DNA of 64,000 nt from Faecousia sp. (GTDB taxonomy: Bacteria > Bacillota > Clostridia > Oscillospirales > Oscillospiraceae): positions 1,161 to 65,160 of the forward strand of contig JAZSGN010000030.1 of NCBI GenBank assembly GCA_045532755.1. The letters run 5' to 3'. Positions 55,772 through 64,000 of the stretch are shown in pieces. The notes under the pieces were generated by a model. That model ran no database searches and had not been told where the DNA came from. It saw only the letters and a program-made list of their open reading frames with translations. Position numbers and translations under genes: made by a program. Each line of letters starts with the position of its first letter. Position 1 is the stretch's first letter.

Positions 55772-56491
55772 TTACTCCTTTATTCCAAGCACAGCCCGGG
55801 GGGTCTCCCACAGAAGCTGGGCCGCGTAGTCGGGTGAATATTTTTTGGCGATGTACTCGGCGCACCGGCGCAGCTGGGCTGTGCGGCGCTGGGTGCCGTG
55901 GGCATCGGAGGCCACGATGGAGGCAAGCCCCTCCTTCAGCAGCCGGTGGCAGCAGCGCTTGATGCCAAAGCCCAGCTCCCCTGTCACGCTGCCGGCGTTC
56001 AGCTGCAGCAGCGCCCCCATGTCCACCACCTGCCGGGCAAGGTCTTTGTCCCGGCGGAAGATGTCGTAGCGCTCGGGGTGGGCGATGATGGGGATGAAGC
56101 CATACTGGAGCATATCGTCCAGAGCGGCGGTGAGCATACTGTAGCTGACGGTCCACCCCAGCTCCAGCAGCACATGCTCCGTGCCTACGGTCAGCAGCTG
56201 CCCTTCCGACAGCAGCTTCGCCGCGTCGGATTGGTAATGGACCTCGCAGCCCGGCAGGATCACCAGATCCGGGTATTGTTCCGCCGCCGCCACCACCAGC
56301 GATTCGAAGATGGGCAGCAGCTTGTCGGTGAAATTGTCCCGGTAGGGCTCCCGGAAATGGGGTGTCAGGCAGAGCACCCGGGTGCCGTCGGCATAGGCCT
56401 GGGAGAGCATCTGCATGGCGGTGGTCAGATCCGCCGCGCCGTCGTCCACGCCGGGGAGAATATGGGTATGCAGGTCTGCATAGAATTCCAC
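55772..56491 (-). CDS. PHP-family tyrosine phosphatase (CpsB-like)
   Basis: DLHTHILPGVDDG, TPH, AHPERY and ASDAH. GTG start at 56491 behind GAGGTG. Confidence 0.88.
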   Translation of the reverse strand: MEFYADLHTHILPGVDDGAADLTTAMQMLSQAYADGTRVLCLTPHFREPYRDNFTDKLLPIFESLVVAAAEQYPDLVILPGCEVHYQSDAAKLLSEGQLLTVGTEHVLLELGWTVSYSMLTAALDDMLQYGFIPIIAHPERYDIFRRDKDLARQVVDMGALLQLNAGSVTGELGFGIKRCCHRLLKEGLASIVASDAHGTQRRTAQLRRCAEYIAKKYSPDYAAQLLWETPRAVLGIKE

Positions 56492-56650
56492 CGCTGTCAC
56501 CTCTTTCTGTGTCGGGCATCCAATGTGCAACTTTTTCCGTGTAACATTATAGCACAGCTTTAAGAAATTACAACCATAATTTTTTGCCGCTTTTTGGGGG
56601 GTGCGGCAGATTTTGCAAGGTTTCGGCTTCGGGCTGGGGCGCAGAGGGAA

Positions 56651-56745
56651 ACGGATTCCCACGCCGCTAAAGCGGCTCGGAATGACAGAGGAGCATCGAT
56701 AGATGTTTGTCATTCCGTGGGAGCGGAGCGACCGTGGGAATCCGT
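56651..56745. repeat. Family B doublet
   Basis: ACGGATTCCCAC...CTCGGAATGACA...TGTCATTCCG...GGGAATCCGT. Confidence 0.82.
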
Positions 56746-56803
56746 ATCGGGCGGCCAATGGCCGCCCCTACAAGGGCCACCGAACCTTTTCGTAAGGGCG
56801 GAA

Positions 56804-56965
56804 ATTGCTTCTCCCGGGGAGAAGCTGTCAGCGAAGCTGACTGAAGAGGAATTCGGGCGGAAAGCTGCCGGTTTACTGAAACTATCAGACCATTTCCATG
56901 GTCGGTTCTGCCGCCGTTCCTCTCCCGTCCCCTGCGGGGACACCCTCTCCCCGGGAGAGGGTATT
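56804..56965 (+). repeat. Family A copy 9
   Basis: First hairpin variant CTTCTCCCGGGGAGAAG (compensatory change). Confidence 0.9.
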
Positions 56966-57000
56966 AAAAAAACCGAGCCTCCGGGGTGGGAGGCTCGGTT
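56966..57000 (-). terminator. Intrinsic terminator
   Basis: AACCGAGCCTCC/GGAGGCTCGGTT with an A-run. Confidence 0.75.
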
Positions 57001-57013
57001 GGGTATGGAGCAA

Positions 57014-57379
57014 TTACTCTGCGATCTCGATCTCGCCGGCGGAATTCTTCCGGACGGATTCGATGCCGTTGAGGCAGGAGGACTTGGCCTTGTAGCCCTC
57101 GGAGGTGGCGATGATCTCGCCGTTGCGGGCCTTCAGACGGAAGCGGAACTCACCGCCCTTATCCTCGTAGATCTCGAACTTGGGGTGCTTGACTTCCATC
57201 TCTTCGCCGGTCAGGTCGTGCAGGCCGGCTACGGGAGCGTTATTCCGCACGCTCTCAGCGCCCTTGCGGCAGGCGGCCAGAGTGGTGTAGATCTCGGAGG
57301 TGGCGATGATCTCGCCGTTGGATGCCTTCAGGTCGAATTTATAGCCGGTGTTGGTCTGACGAATTACAAATTTGCCCAT
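57014..57379 (-). CDS. YegP / DUF1508 family protein
   Basis: Two F.LKA.NGEIIATSE.Y repeats. Confidence 0.92.
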   Translation of the reverse strand: MGKFVIRQTNTGYKFDLKASNGEIIATSEIYTTLAACRKGAESVRNNAPVAGLHDLTGEEMEVKHPKFEIYEDKGGEFRFRLKARNGEIIATSEGYKAKSSCLNGIESVRKNSAGEIEIAE

Positions 57380-57424
57380 GGTAATTTCTCCTTTTTCCGC
57401 CCGGTTCGGGCTTATTATGCAATT

Positions 57425-57453
57425 ATTATAATGGGTAATTGCGGCCTTGTCAA
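57425..57453 (-). promoter_or_regulatory. Consensus sigma-A promoter
   Basis: TTGACA-17 bp-TATAAT on the - strand. Confidence 0.78.
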
Positions 57454-57461
57454 TCGGTTAT

Positions 57462-58055
57462 TCACATGGCCGCCTTCACAGTGCCGATGAGAATGTCCGC
57501 CGCCACCACCCGGTCCTCCGGGGCGATGGCTTCGGCAAAATTATCGGAATAGAGGATCTGGGCGCTGGGGGGGAACTCCTCGTCCCCTGCCCACACCAGC
57601 AGCTGCAGCCGCAGCCCCGGAAGCAATTCGAAGGCAAAGCCGGCATCGCCGTGGGTAACCGCCTCGCCCCCCAGCTTTTGGGCGGCGGCGCGGTAGGCTT
57701 CCACCCGGGTGCCGAAGGTGAAGGCCGCCCGGGTCAGCGCCCGGCCGGTGAAGGGTACGATGTACAATTCCCCCCAGGGCATCTCCCGGAAGGTCTTCCA
57801 GCCGCCATGCCAGGGGATGTTTTTGCCTTCCAGCAGCCAGCGCAGCAGGAAGGTTTTCGCCGGCAGGGGCAGCTCGCCCCGGAACCGGGCATCGGGGTGG
57901 GAAATGGCGTATTCTTTGCCAAGGAGGTTTACATAAAATTCGTGATTCTCCCAGCGGACACCCAGCCGGGCGGCGATCTCCTGAGGGTCGGCGGCGGCAA
58001 AGGCGGCAGCGTAGTGGGAAAAGGGGATTTCTTCTTTGTTGTTGGGAATGGACAT
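57462..58055 (-). CDS. DUF3786 family protein (acs-cluster associated)
   Basis: FREMPWG..Y..F and W.GDEEFPP.A.IL...EDR. Lies downstream of acsV. Confidence 0.82.
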   Translation of the reverse strand: MSIPNNKEEIPFSHYAAAFAAADPQEIAARLGVRWENHEFYVNLLGKEYAISHPDARFRGELPLPAKTFLLRWLLEGKNIPWHGGWKTFREMPWGELYIVPFTGRALTRAAFTFGTRVEAYRAAAQKLGGEAVTHGDAGFAFELLPGLRLQLLVWAGDEEFPPSAQILYSDNFAEAIAPEDRVVAADILIGTVKAAM

Positions 58056-58104
58056 GGGAAGGTTCTCCTGTTCATTGGGGTTGGTGAAATGTAGGGGTGG
58101 GAAT

Positions 58105-58266
58105 ATCGCTTCTCCCGAGGAGAAGCTGTCAGCGAAGCTGACTGAAGAGGAATGCGGGCGGAGAGTCTAAAGTTTTCTGCCGCTGTCAGACCTTATCCTT
58201 GCTCGGTTCTGCCGCCATTCCTCTCCCGTCCCCTGCGGGGACACCCTCTCCCCGGGAGAGGGTATT
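58105..58266 (+). repeat. Family A copy 10
   Basis: First hairpin variant CTTCTCCCGAGGAGAAG. Confidence 0.9.
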
Positions 58267-58271
58267 AAACA

Positions 58272-58350
58272 GGTAACGATACCGAGCGGGTCAGGGAAGT
58301 AACGACCTTCGCAGAAAGCCGATCACGAATTGACACCGGCGGCACGCCGG
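58272..58350 (+). repeat. Family G copy overlapping the 3' end of acsV
   Basis: GGTAACGATACCGAGCGGGTCAGGGAAGTAACGACCTTCGCAGAAA...CGAATTGACACCGGCGGCACGCCGG. Confidence 0.8.
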
Positions 58351-60248
58351 GGGAAGCGGGCAGAGTCGGTATGGGGCAGGAAGCAGGCGGCTACGAAGTT
58401 ATCCATGTAGCCCGGGTGGGTGGACAGCTCCAGATAGGTCATATTGGCGGCGATGGCGGCAACCTGCGCCTGGGCGCTGCGGCTCATGACCATGGCGTAG
58501 GCGCCGGTGAGGGACGAATTGCCGATGTAGCGGAACTTTTCCAGCTCCACCGCCGGCAGCATGCCGATGGTCACCGCGTTTTTCATATTGATGCCGGAGC
58601 CGATGCCGCCGGCCACATACACCCGCTCGATGCAGCTCTCGTCCAGATCCACCGCCTGCAAAAGGGTATCGATGGCGGAGTAGATCGCGCCCTTGGCGCG
58701 GATGAAATTATCGATATCCACCTCGGTGATGGCCACTTCCCTGCCGGTTTCCGACTCGCCGGGGAAGGCAAGGATGTAGCGGCCCATGCCGTGGCGGTCA
58801 CGGGCGACCCGGCGGCCCTCCCGGATGAAAAGTCCCCGGGGGTCGATGATGCCGGCGGTGAAGAGGCCCGCAATCAGGTCAATAATGCCGCTGCCGCAAA
58901 GGCCCACCGGCTTGCCGCCGCCGATGACGGAAAACCGGGGCTCCATGGTGGCGGAGTCGATGAAAACCGCTTCGATGGCGCCGTCGGTGGCCCGCATGCC
59001 ACAGGAAATGTCGCCGCCTTCAAAGGCAGGGCCGGCGGAGCAGGCGCAGCTCATAAGGAAATCCCGGTTGCCGAAGACGAGCTCGCCGTTGGTGCCGAGG
59101 TCGATGAAAAGGCTCATTTCGTCGCTGTCCCAGAAGCCGGCGGCCAGCGTGCCGGCGGTGATGTCGCCGCCCACATAAGAGCCGATGTTGGGGGCGAGGA
59201 TCACCCTTGCCTCCGGGCAGGCGCAAAGGCCGATGTCGGCGGCTTTCAGATCCTCCCAGGCGAAAAAGCTGGGAATGTAGGGCTCCAGGCGCACAGATTC
59301 CGCATCCACCCCCACCAGCAGGTGGTTCATGGTAGTGTTGGAGGCGATGGCCAGCTGCAGAATCTGGGGGCAGTCCGCCTTCGCTTCGGCGCAGAGAGCT
59401 GCCAGAATGGGAACAAGCGTCTCCTCCACCACCGCTTTCTGCAGTTTCTCCACGCCGCCGGGTCTGCCCTGCTGGATGATGCGGTTGATCACATCGGCGC
59501 CGTAGCGGATCTGGCCGTTGCCGGAGGAGGCTTTGGCGAGAATTTCGCCGCTTTGCATATCGCACAGCACCGCGGTGACGGTGGTAGTGCCGATGTCGAT
59601 GGCGCAGCCGAGCAGCCGCATATCCGCCGGATCGCAGATATCCAGGCAGGTGAAGGTATCGTCCTCCAGACGGCCCTTCACCGCCACATGGAAATTGTAT
59701 TTCCGCAGCCGGTGGGCAAGGTGCTTCATCACGCAATGGGGGATGCGGATCGTTTCTGCCCCCAGCGCCTGCTGCAAAGCGGATACGAGCCGCTCGTTGT
59801 CGGGGAGGGTGTCGTCCAGGGTGGGGGCGGCGAGGGTCAGAACCGCGCAGCAAAGATTGTTTTCTAAGGTGATGCCGCTGGCAAGCAGCCCACGGCGGCA
59901 ATCTTCAAAAATGGCGATCTCCCGGAGGCTGGACAAATCGGCGGTACGCATCCGGGAGCGGTAGGCGCTGGCAATATCGGGAACGAAGACGGTGGCATCG
60001 GTAAGCACCTTGGCGCAGCAGGAAAGCCGCCAGCCTTCGGCATATTCTTCGGCAGTGATGTGGCGCGACGGCAGGCTGTCCACCTCGCCGGACAGCAGCT
60101 TCACCCGGCATTTGCCGCAGGAGCCGTTGCCGGAGCAGGGGGCGTCGATGGCCACATTGGCCCGGCGGGCAACCTCCAGCAGATTGTCGCCGGGGTTGGC
60201 CTCGATGATCACCGGGGCGGAGTTTTCGATTTGGAAGGTAATTTTCAT
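58323..60248 (-). CDS. acsV: Corrinoid protein reductive activator (RACo/AcsV; 2Fe-2S + ASKHA)
   Basis: CSGNGSCGKC...RLSC, IDIGTTT, YGADVINRI, DLGTNGE, AGPAFEG and GLCGSG. Confidence 0.9.
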   Translation of the reverse strand: MKITFQIENSAPVIIEANPGDNLLEVARRANVAIDAPCSGNGSCGKCRVKLLSGEVDSLPSRHITAEEYAEGWRLSCCAKVLTDATVFVPDIASAYRSRMRTADLSSLREIAIFEDCRRGLLASGITLENNLCCAVLTLAAPTLDDTLPDNERLVSALQQALGAETIRIPHCVMKHLAHRLRKYNFHVAVKGRLEDDTFTCLDICDPADMRLLGCAIDIGTTTVTAVLCDMQSGEILAKASSGNGQIRYGADVINRIIQQGRPGGVEKLQKAVVEETLVPILAALCAEAKADCPQILQLAIASNTTMNHLLVGVDAESVRLEPYIPSFFAWEDLKAADIGLCACPEARVILAPNIGSYVGGDITAGTLAAGFWDSDEMSLFIDLGTNGELVFGNRDFLMSCACSAGPAFEGGDISCGMRATDGAIEAVFIDSATMEPRFSVIGGGKPVGLCGSGIIDLIAGLFTAGIIDPRGLFIREGRRVARDRHGMGRYILAFPGESETGREVAITEVDIDNFIRAKGAIYSAIDTLLQAVDLDESCIERVYVAGGIGSGINMKNAVTIGMLPAVELEKFRYIGNSSLTGAYAMVMSRSAQAQVAAIAANMTYLELSTHPGYMDNFVAACFLPHTDSARFPRRAAGVNS

Positions 60249-60334
60249 GGGTGGGTTTCCTTTCAGAAAGGAGATTGGTCAGGGCGAGGCGATTGCCTCG
60301 CCCTGAGAGGTAGGTTATGCGTTATAGGGGTTAG

Positions 60335-60551
60335 GCTTCCCCCGGGGGCTGCGCCCGCAGGCGCGTTTCGGAGCGCAACCGCCGAAGGCGGCTCTTAGCG
60401 CGAAGATGAAGCTGTCAGCGAAGCTGACTGAAGAGGAATGCGGGCAGCAGGCTGATGGTTTTTTGCCTTTATCAGACCTTCGCCTAGGTCGGTTCTGCCG
60501 CCGTTCCTCTCCCGTCCCCTGCGGGGACACCCTCTCCCCGGGAGAGGGTAT
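60335..60551 (+). repeat. Family A copy 11 with module E, followed by a partial G copy (60558-60610)
   Basis: As copy 7. Confidence 0.9.
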
Positions 60552-60610
60552 TGGAGCGGTAACGATCTTTCATAAAGGCTTGGTGCGTACTGACATCGGA
60601 GGCACTCCGG

Positions 60611-62731
60611 TTACAGCAGCGGGTCGAGGCCAAGGACGGGGTGGCCCTTTTCGGTGAGCCAGTTCAGCAGTTCCTCGCCGTCGCAGGTGATGGTTTCGTC
60701 GGCGATCATATCGCAGAAATTCTCAATGCCGTACAGCTCCAGAGCGGTGGCGTTGAGCCGGGGGGCTACATCGTCCTTCAGCTCCTTGGGCATCCAGACG
60801 ATTCTCTGGATACCGCCCTCGGCGATGACGAATTTCTTGGATGCGATGAAATGGCGGCCGTGGCCCATGTAGCCCGGGGTCTGGACACCGCCGCCGGTGC
60901 AGCTGGCCAGCTCGCCGAAGGTCATGCCCACGGGGGTCATGCCCTTGAATTCCCGGTTGACCACGATCACGCCCATGCTCATGGGCTCGATGCCGCAGAT
61001 GCACTCGAAGCAGCCGCAGGAGGTCATGGGGTCTTCCAGCAGGGAGTAGAGGGTGACGGTCTCCACCGCGCCGTGGGTGGCGGCGGCGATGGCCTTGTCC
61101 ACGCTCTCAAAACGGCCGGTGCGCTCGTCGGTGCAGCCTTCCTTGAAGATGGGCTGGCAGGGGCCGTTGGGGTCCAGCTCGTTGGTGGCCTTGGCATCCA
61201 GCCAGCTCACCGCGCCGCACAGACCCAGCCGCTCCGGCGTTACCACGCAGCAGTGGGCCGGGGCGAAGCTCTGGCAGAGGATGCAGGTGTAGTAGCGGTC
61301 CACACTCTCGTCGGTCATGGAGGCAAGGCGCTGGTCGCGCTGGGTGTAGCGGGGCATGGCCACCGTGTCACGGAACTGGGCGGCCTTGACGGGGTCGGTG
61401 ATGAGGGTGACGGCGCACTTGTCCACAACGGCTTCGAACTCGTCCATGATCATGTAGTACAGCACTTCCGCGAAGTGGCGCAGGGTCAGGCCTGCCTCGA
61501 AGGCGGCGTTGCTGACACGGATGCGGACCTGATTCCGCTGGCCGGTGTGCATGACGCCCTCCATGTAGTTGAACCAGGCGTGGATCTTCCGCTCGATGAC
61601 GCTTTCGAAGTCCGCCTGCATCTTCCGGCCGGACACCTGCACGAAGGTGCCGAGAGCCAGCTCCTTGCAATCGGCAAGATCCGGGCCGTCGATGACGATG
61701 GCGTGGTCTTCGATGTCGTCCGCCATCACCACCAGCTCGGCGGTGGGGTTCTTGGAGGACCAGAACTCATTGTGCATATCGGCCTTGCGGATGATCTCGC
61801 CCTCAAAGGCGGCGGCGAAGGCCACGGGAATGGGCAGCTCCTTCACCTTGATGCGGATGTTGCGAAGCTCCAGAGATTTCTTGACGGTGTTGCTGTGGTC
61901 GCAGACACTCTCCAGAGCGCCGGGGACCTGATTCTCGCCCAGGTCGATATCCACCACCACCGGGAAGCCCAGAGCGATGGCGCCGGCGCCGGCGGAGACC
62001 ACTACGGCATCGATGGCGCCGAAGGTGTTGACGAAGGCGGGGACACGGTTCTTGGTATAGTCCAGCAGACCCGCAAGGTCGCCGGGCTGGATGTTGCCGA
62101 AGATCAGGGCGGCGCGGACGGCTACGGTGACTACATGGATCACGGAAGTCACATCGTGGCCCAGAGGAATGACACGCAGCTCCAGACCCATCTTCACGCC
62201 GGCATCGATGCACTGCTCAATGCAGTCGCCTACTAAGAAGGTGAGGATGCCCTTGCTCTGGTAGTCCTTGACCACGGAGGCGACGGCGGCAGCATCGTCA
62301 GCCTTGCCCAGCACCACGGCAACGCCGGGAATGTCGCCGGTGACCAGCGGCACGCCCAAAGAGCGGATGATGGGGTCCGGCACGAAGCCGATGCCGGATT
62401 CCTTTTCATAGGGGTTGGGGTTCTCGGCGTACTTCAGACCCTCCAGAATTTCGGCGCCAACGGCGGTGGCAAGGCCGGCGTTCAGGGCCTGACCCAGGTC
62501 TTCCTGATTTGTGATCAGGCTTTTCAGCACGCCTACGCAGGGCACCAGGTCGCCAAGGGTCTTCACCTTGACGCCGGTGGCGGCGTAGATGGTGGGGAAG
62601 AAATAGGCGGTGTCGGGGAAGGCAACGGGATGGTCGGCGCCATGCTTTTCGATGGCGGCATTCACCGCGCCTTCGGTCAGGCCGGCTACGGCATTGCTGC
62701 CGCCGTAGATCAGATCGGTTAATACGCTCAT
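60611..62731 (-). CDS. acsB: Acetyl-CoA synthase (ACS subunit of CODH/ACS)
   Basis: A-cluster ligand motifs CILCQSFAP.HCC..TPER.GLCG and PMTSCGCFEC, plus N-terminal FPDTAY. Confidence 0.94.
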   Translation of the reverse strand: MSVLTDLIYGGSNAVAGLTEGAVNAAIEKHGADHPVAFPDTAYFFPTIYAATGVKVKTLGDLVPCVGVLKSLITNQEDLGQALNAGLATAVGAEILEGLKYAENPNPYEKESGIGFVPDPIIRSLGVPLVTGDIPGVAVVLGKADDAAAVASVVKDYQSKGILTFLVGDCIEQCIDAGVKMGLELRVIPLGHDVTSVIHVVTVAVRAALIFGNIQPGDLAGLLDYTKNRVPAFVNTFGAIDAVVVSAGAGAIALGFPVVVDIDLGENQVPGALESVCDHSNTVKKSLELRNIRIKVKELPIPVAFAAAFEGEIIRKADMHNEFWSSKNPTAELVVMADDIEDHAIVIDGPDLADCKELALGTFVQVSGRKMQADFESVIERKIHAWFNYMEGVMHTGQRNQVRIRVSNAAFEAGLTLRHFAEVLYYMIMDEFEAVVDKCAVTLITDPVKAAQFRDTVAMPRYTQRDQRLASMTDESVDRYYTCILCQSFAPAHCCVVTPERLGLCGAVSWLDAKATNELDPNGPCQPIFKEGCTDERTGRFESVDKAIAAATHGAVETVTLYSLLEDPMTSCGCFECICGIEPMSMGVIVVNREFKGMTPVGMTFGELASCTGGGVQTPGYMGHGRHFIASKKFVIAEGGIQRIVWMPKELKDDVAPRLNATALELYGIENFCDMIADETITCDGEELLNWLTEKGHPVLGLDPLL

Positions 62732-62862
62732 AATATTTCCTCCTGTAGTTTGATGATATTTTCAGGCCTTCCGGCCGGGGGTTACGGGGTGAGTTATGAG
62801 TTATGAGTTGCGGTGTCAGCCGATGGCTGACGAGTGAAATACCGCAATATGGGAGAGCGGAA

Positions 62863-63131
62863 ATCGCTTCCCCCGGGGGGAGCGAGCCGAGCGCTGCCAG
62901 TGGCAGATGAAGCGAGGTGAGCGAGTGGCAGCGGTCAAAATTTCGTGAGCGAATAGCGAACAAGAAATTTTGGGCACCGCAACAGGAGAAGCTGTCAGCG
63001 AAGCTGACTGAAGAGGAATGCGGGCGGAAAGCTGATGGTTTCCTGCCGCTATCAGACCTTATCCTTGATCGGTTCTGCCGCCGTTCCTCTCCCGTCCCCT
63101 GCGGGGACACCCTCTCCCCGGGAGAGGGTAT
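62863..63131 (+). repeat. Family A copy 12 with module F
   Basis: Module F (GAGCGCTGCC...GGCAGCGGTCAAAATTTCGTGAGCGAA...CACCGCAACAG) in the first hairpin. Confidence 0.9.
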
Positions 63132-63233
63132 TTGCCGGGGGCGATCATACCTTACTCCCAGCCACATAAGCAAAATGGCCGGGAGGGAGTCTTCCCTCCC
63201 AGCCATGAATGCATGGGGTATCTATGGGTTTTG

Positions 63234-63414
63234 TCGATATATTCGCGATCGTCGATATGCGGCTTACGCCGCTCGATATATCCTGTCGGATTCGATATGT
63301 GCCTGACGGCACTCGATATAATATTCGCCCCAAATCTCAGGGCGAAGCCCTATATCGAAGCCCATCGGGCTATATCGAAGCGCAGCTATATCGCTCGCCG
63401 AAGGCGAATATCGA
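63234..63414. repeat. Periodic inverted TCGATAT/ATATCG array
   Basis: TCGATAT at 63234, 63252, 63273, 63292 and 63313. ATATCG at 63352, 63372, 63388 and 63408. Confidence 0.8.
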
Positions 63415-63433
63415 CATAATCCGGCACGCCGGA

Positions 63434-64000
63434 TTAGAGGTCCAGGTAGCTGTCGGAGTAGAGGACGTGGTTCTTGAAGATGTCGCAGGACTTGATGGTT
63501 TCCATCAGGCGGCGGTCGTTGGGGTTGACGATGGCGGAGGTCAGGCCCTGCATCATGCACATGGCAACCAAGGCGCTATCCATGATGGGACGGACTTCCT
63601 TGGGCGCGCCGTTGGAGTTATTGGACAGGCCACCGGTGGACTTCAGGCCCTCGGCGCTGAAGAGGCGGATGGCTTCCAGAACTTCCATCTGCTTGTCCTG
63701 CATGCCCTTGACCACCAGGAACAGGGGGTCGAACCACAGATCGTCGGAGGTCATGCCCAGGCTCAGGCCACGCTCCAGCATATTGTGGCAATGGCGCATA
63801 CGCTCCTCGTTGTCCTTGGCGATGCCGTCGGCGGAGCAGAGGGCGATACAAATCGCATCGTTGGCGGCGGCGAGATCGATGTAGCTGATACGGGAGCCGG
63901 CATCGGCGGAGTTGACGATGGGCTTGCCGTTAGTGCGGTTATAGACCTTGATACCGGCCTCGATGGCCTTCTTGTTGGCGGTGTCCAGCGCCAGAGGAAC
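63434..64000 (-). CDS. acsE: Methyl-THF:corrinoid/FeS protein methyltransferase (partial, 5' end outside the window)
   Basis: The frame is open to the window edge: LALDTAN..AIEAG, IVNS, FDPL, GGLSN.SNG and SAIVNP. Lies upstream of acsB. Confidence 0.9.
   Translation of the reverse strand, partial: VPLALDTANKKAIEAGIKVYNRTNGKPIVNSADAGSRISYIDLAAANDAICIALCSADGIAKDNEERMRHCHNMLERGLSLGMTSDDLWFDPLFLVVKGMQDKQMEVLEAIRLFSAEGLKSTGGLSNNSNGAPKEVRPIMDSALVAMCMMQGLTSAIVNPNDRRLMETIKSCDIFKNHVLYSDSYLDL

Noticed and set aside
56492-56758. N-terminal extension of the second phosphatase ORF
   Set aside because: It runs through a promoter-like region and a family B repeat. The PHP motif begins right after GTG 56491, which has an RBS.
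62732-62862. Cobalamin or other riboswitch upstream of acsB
   Set aside because: I could not find conserved riboswitch motifs. The GCGGTGTCAGCCGATGGCTGAC segment recurs inverted at ~54226-54247 and looks like another repeat.

Overview
A 64-kb, GC-rich chromosomal window from an anaerobic Clostridia-type Firmicute. Gene content suggests an Oscillospiraceae-like gut or rumen organism, but that is inference. Most genes are on the - strand. From left to right it contains: a sugar ABC transporter; a 5'-nucleotidase/guanylate-kinase fusion; kdgK-eda; ftsH; rlmB with a degenerate P-type-ATPase-like gene; a RiPP-like cassette (87-aa Cys-containing YxKP precursor, HPr-kinase-like P-loop protein, radical SAM/SPASM, membrane protein, PqqD/RRE) directly behind a ~3850-aa secreted GH105/CBM77/Ig/VWA protein; gpsA, sortase B, tldD/E and gdhA. 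It continues with a polysaccharide regulatory and precursor locus (three BY-kinase modules, two PHP phosphatases, CapD, GlmM, a galacturonokinase-like kinase and a nucleotidyltransferase) that embeds an S24/S26 peptidase, an NTP_transf_5 nucleotidyltransferase and an ABC exporter, and ends with part of a Wood-Ljungdahl cluster (acsE, acsB, acsV, DUF3786). Most of the larger intergenic gaps carry modular, nested palindromic repeats of several families, with no transposase in the window. I recognised no rRNA, tRNA or CRISPR array. All family assignments are from motif recognition by eye, not database searches.
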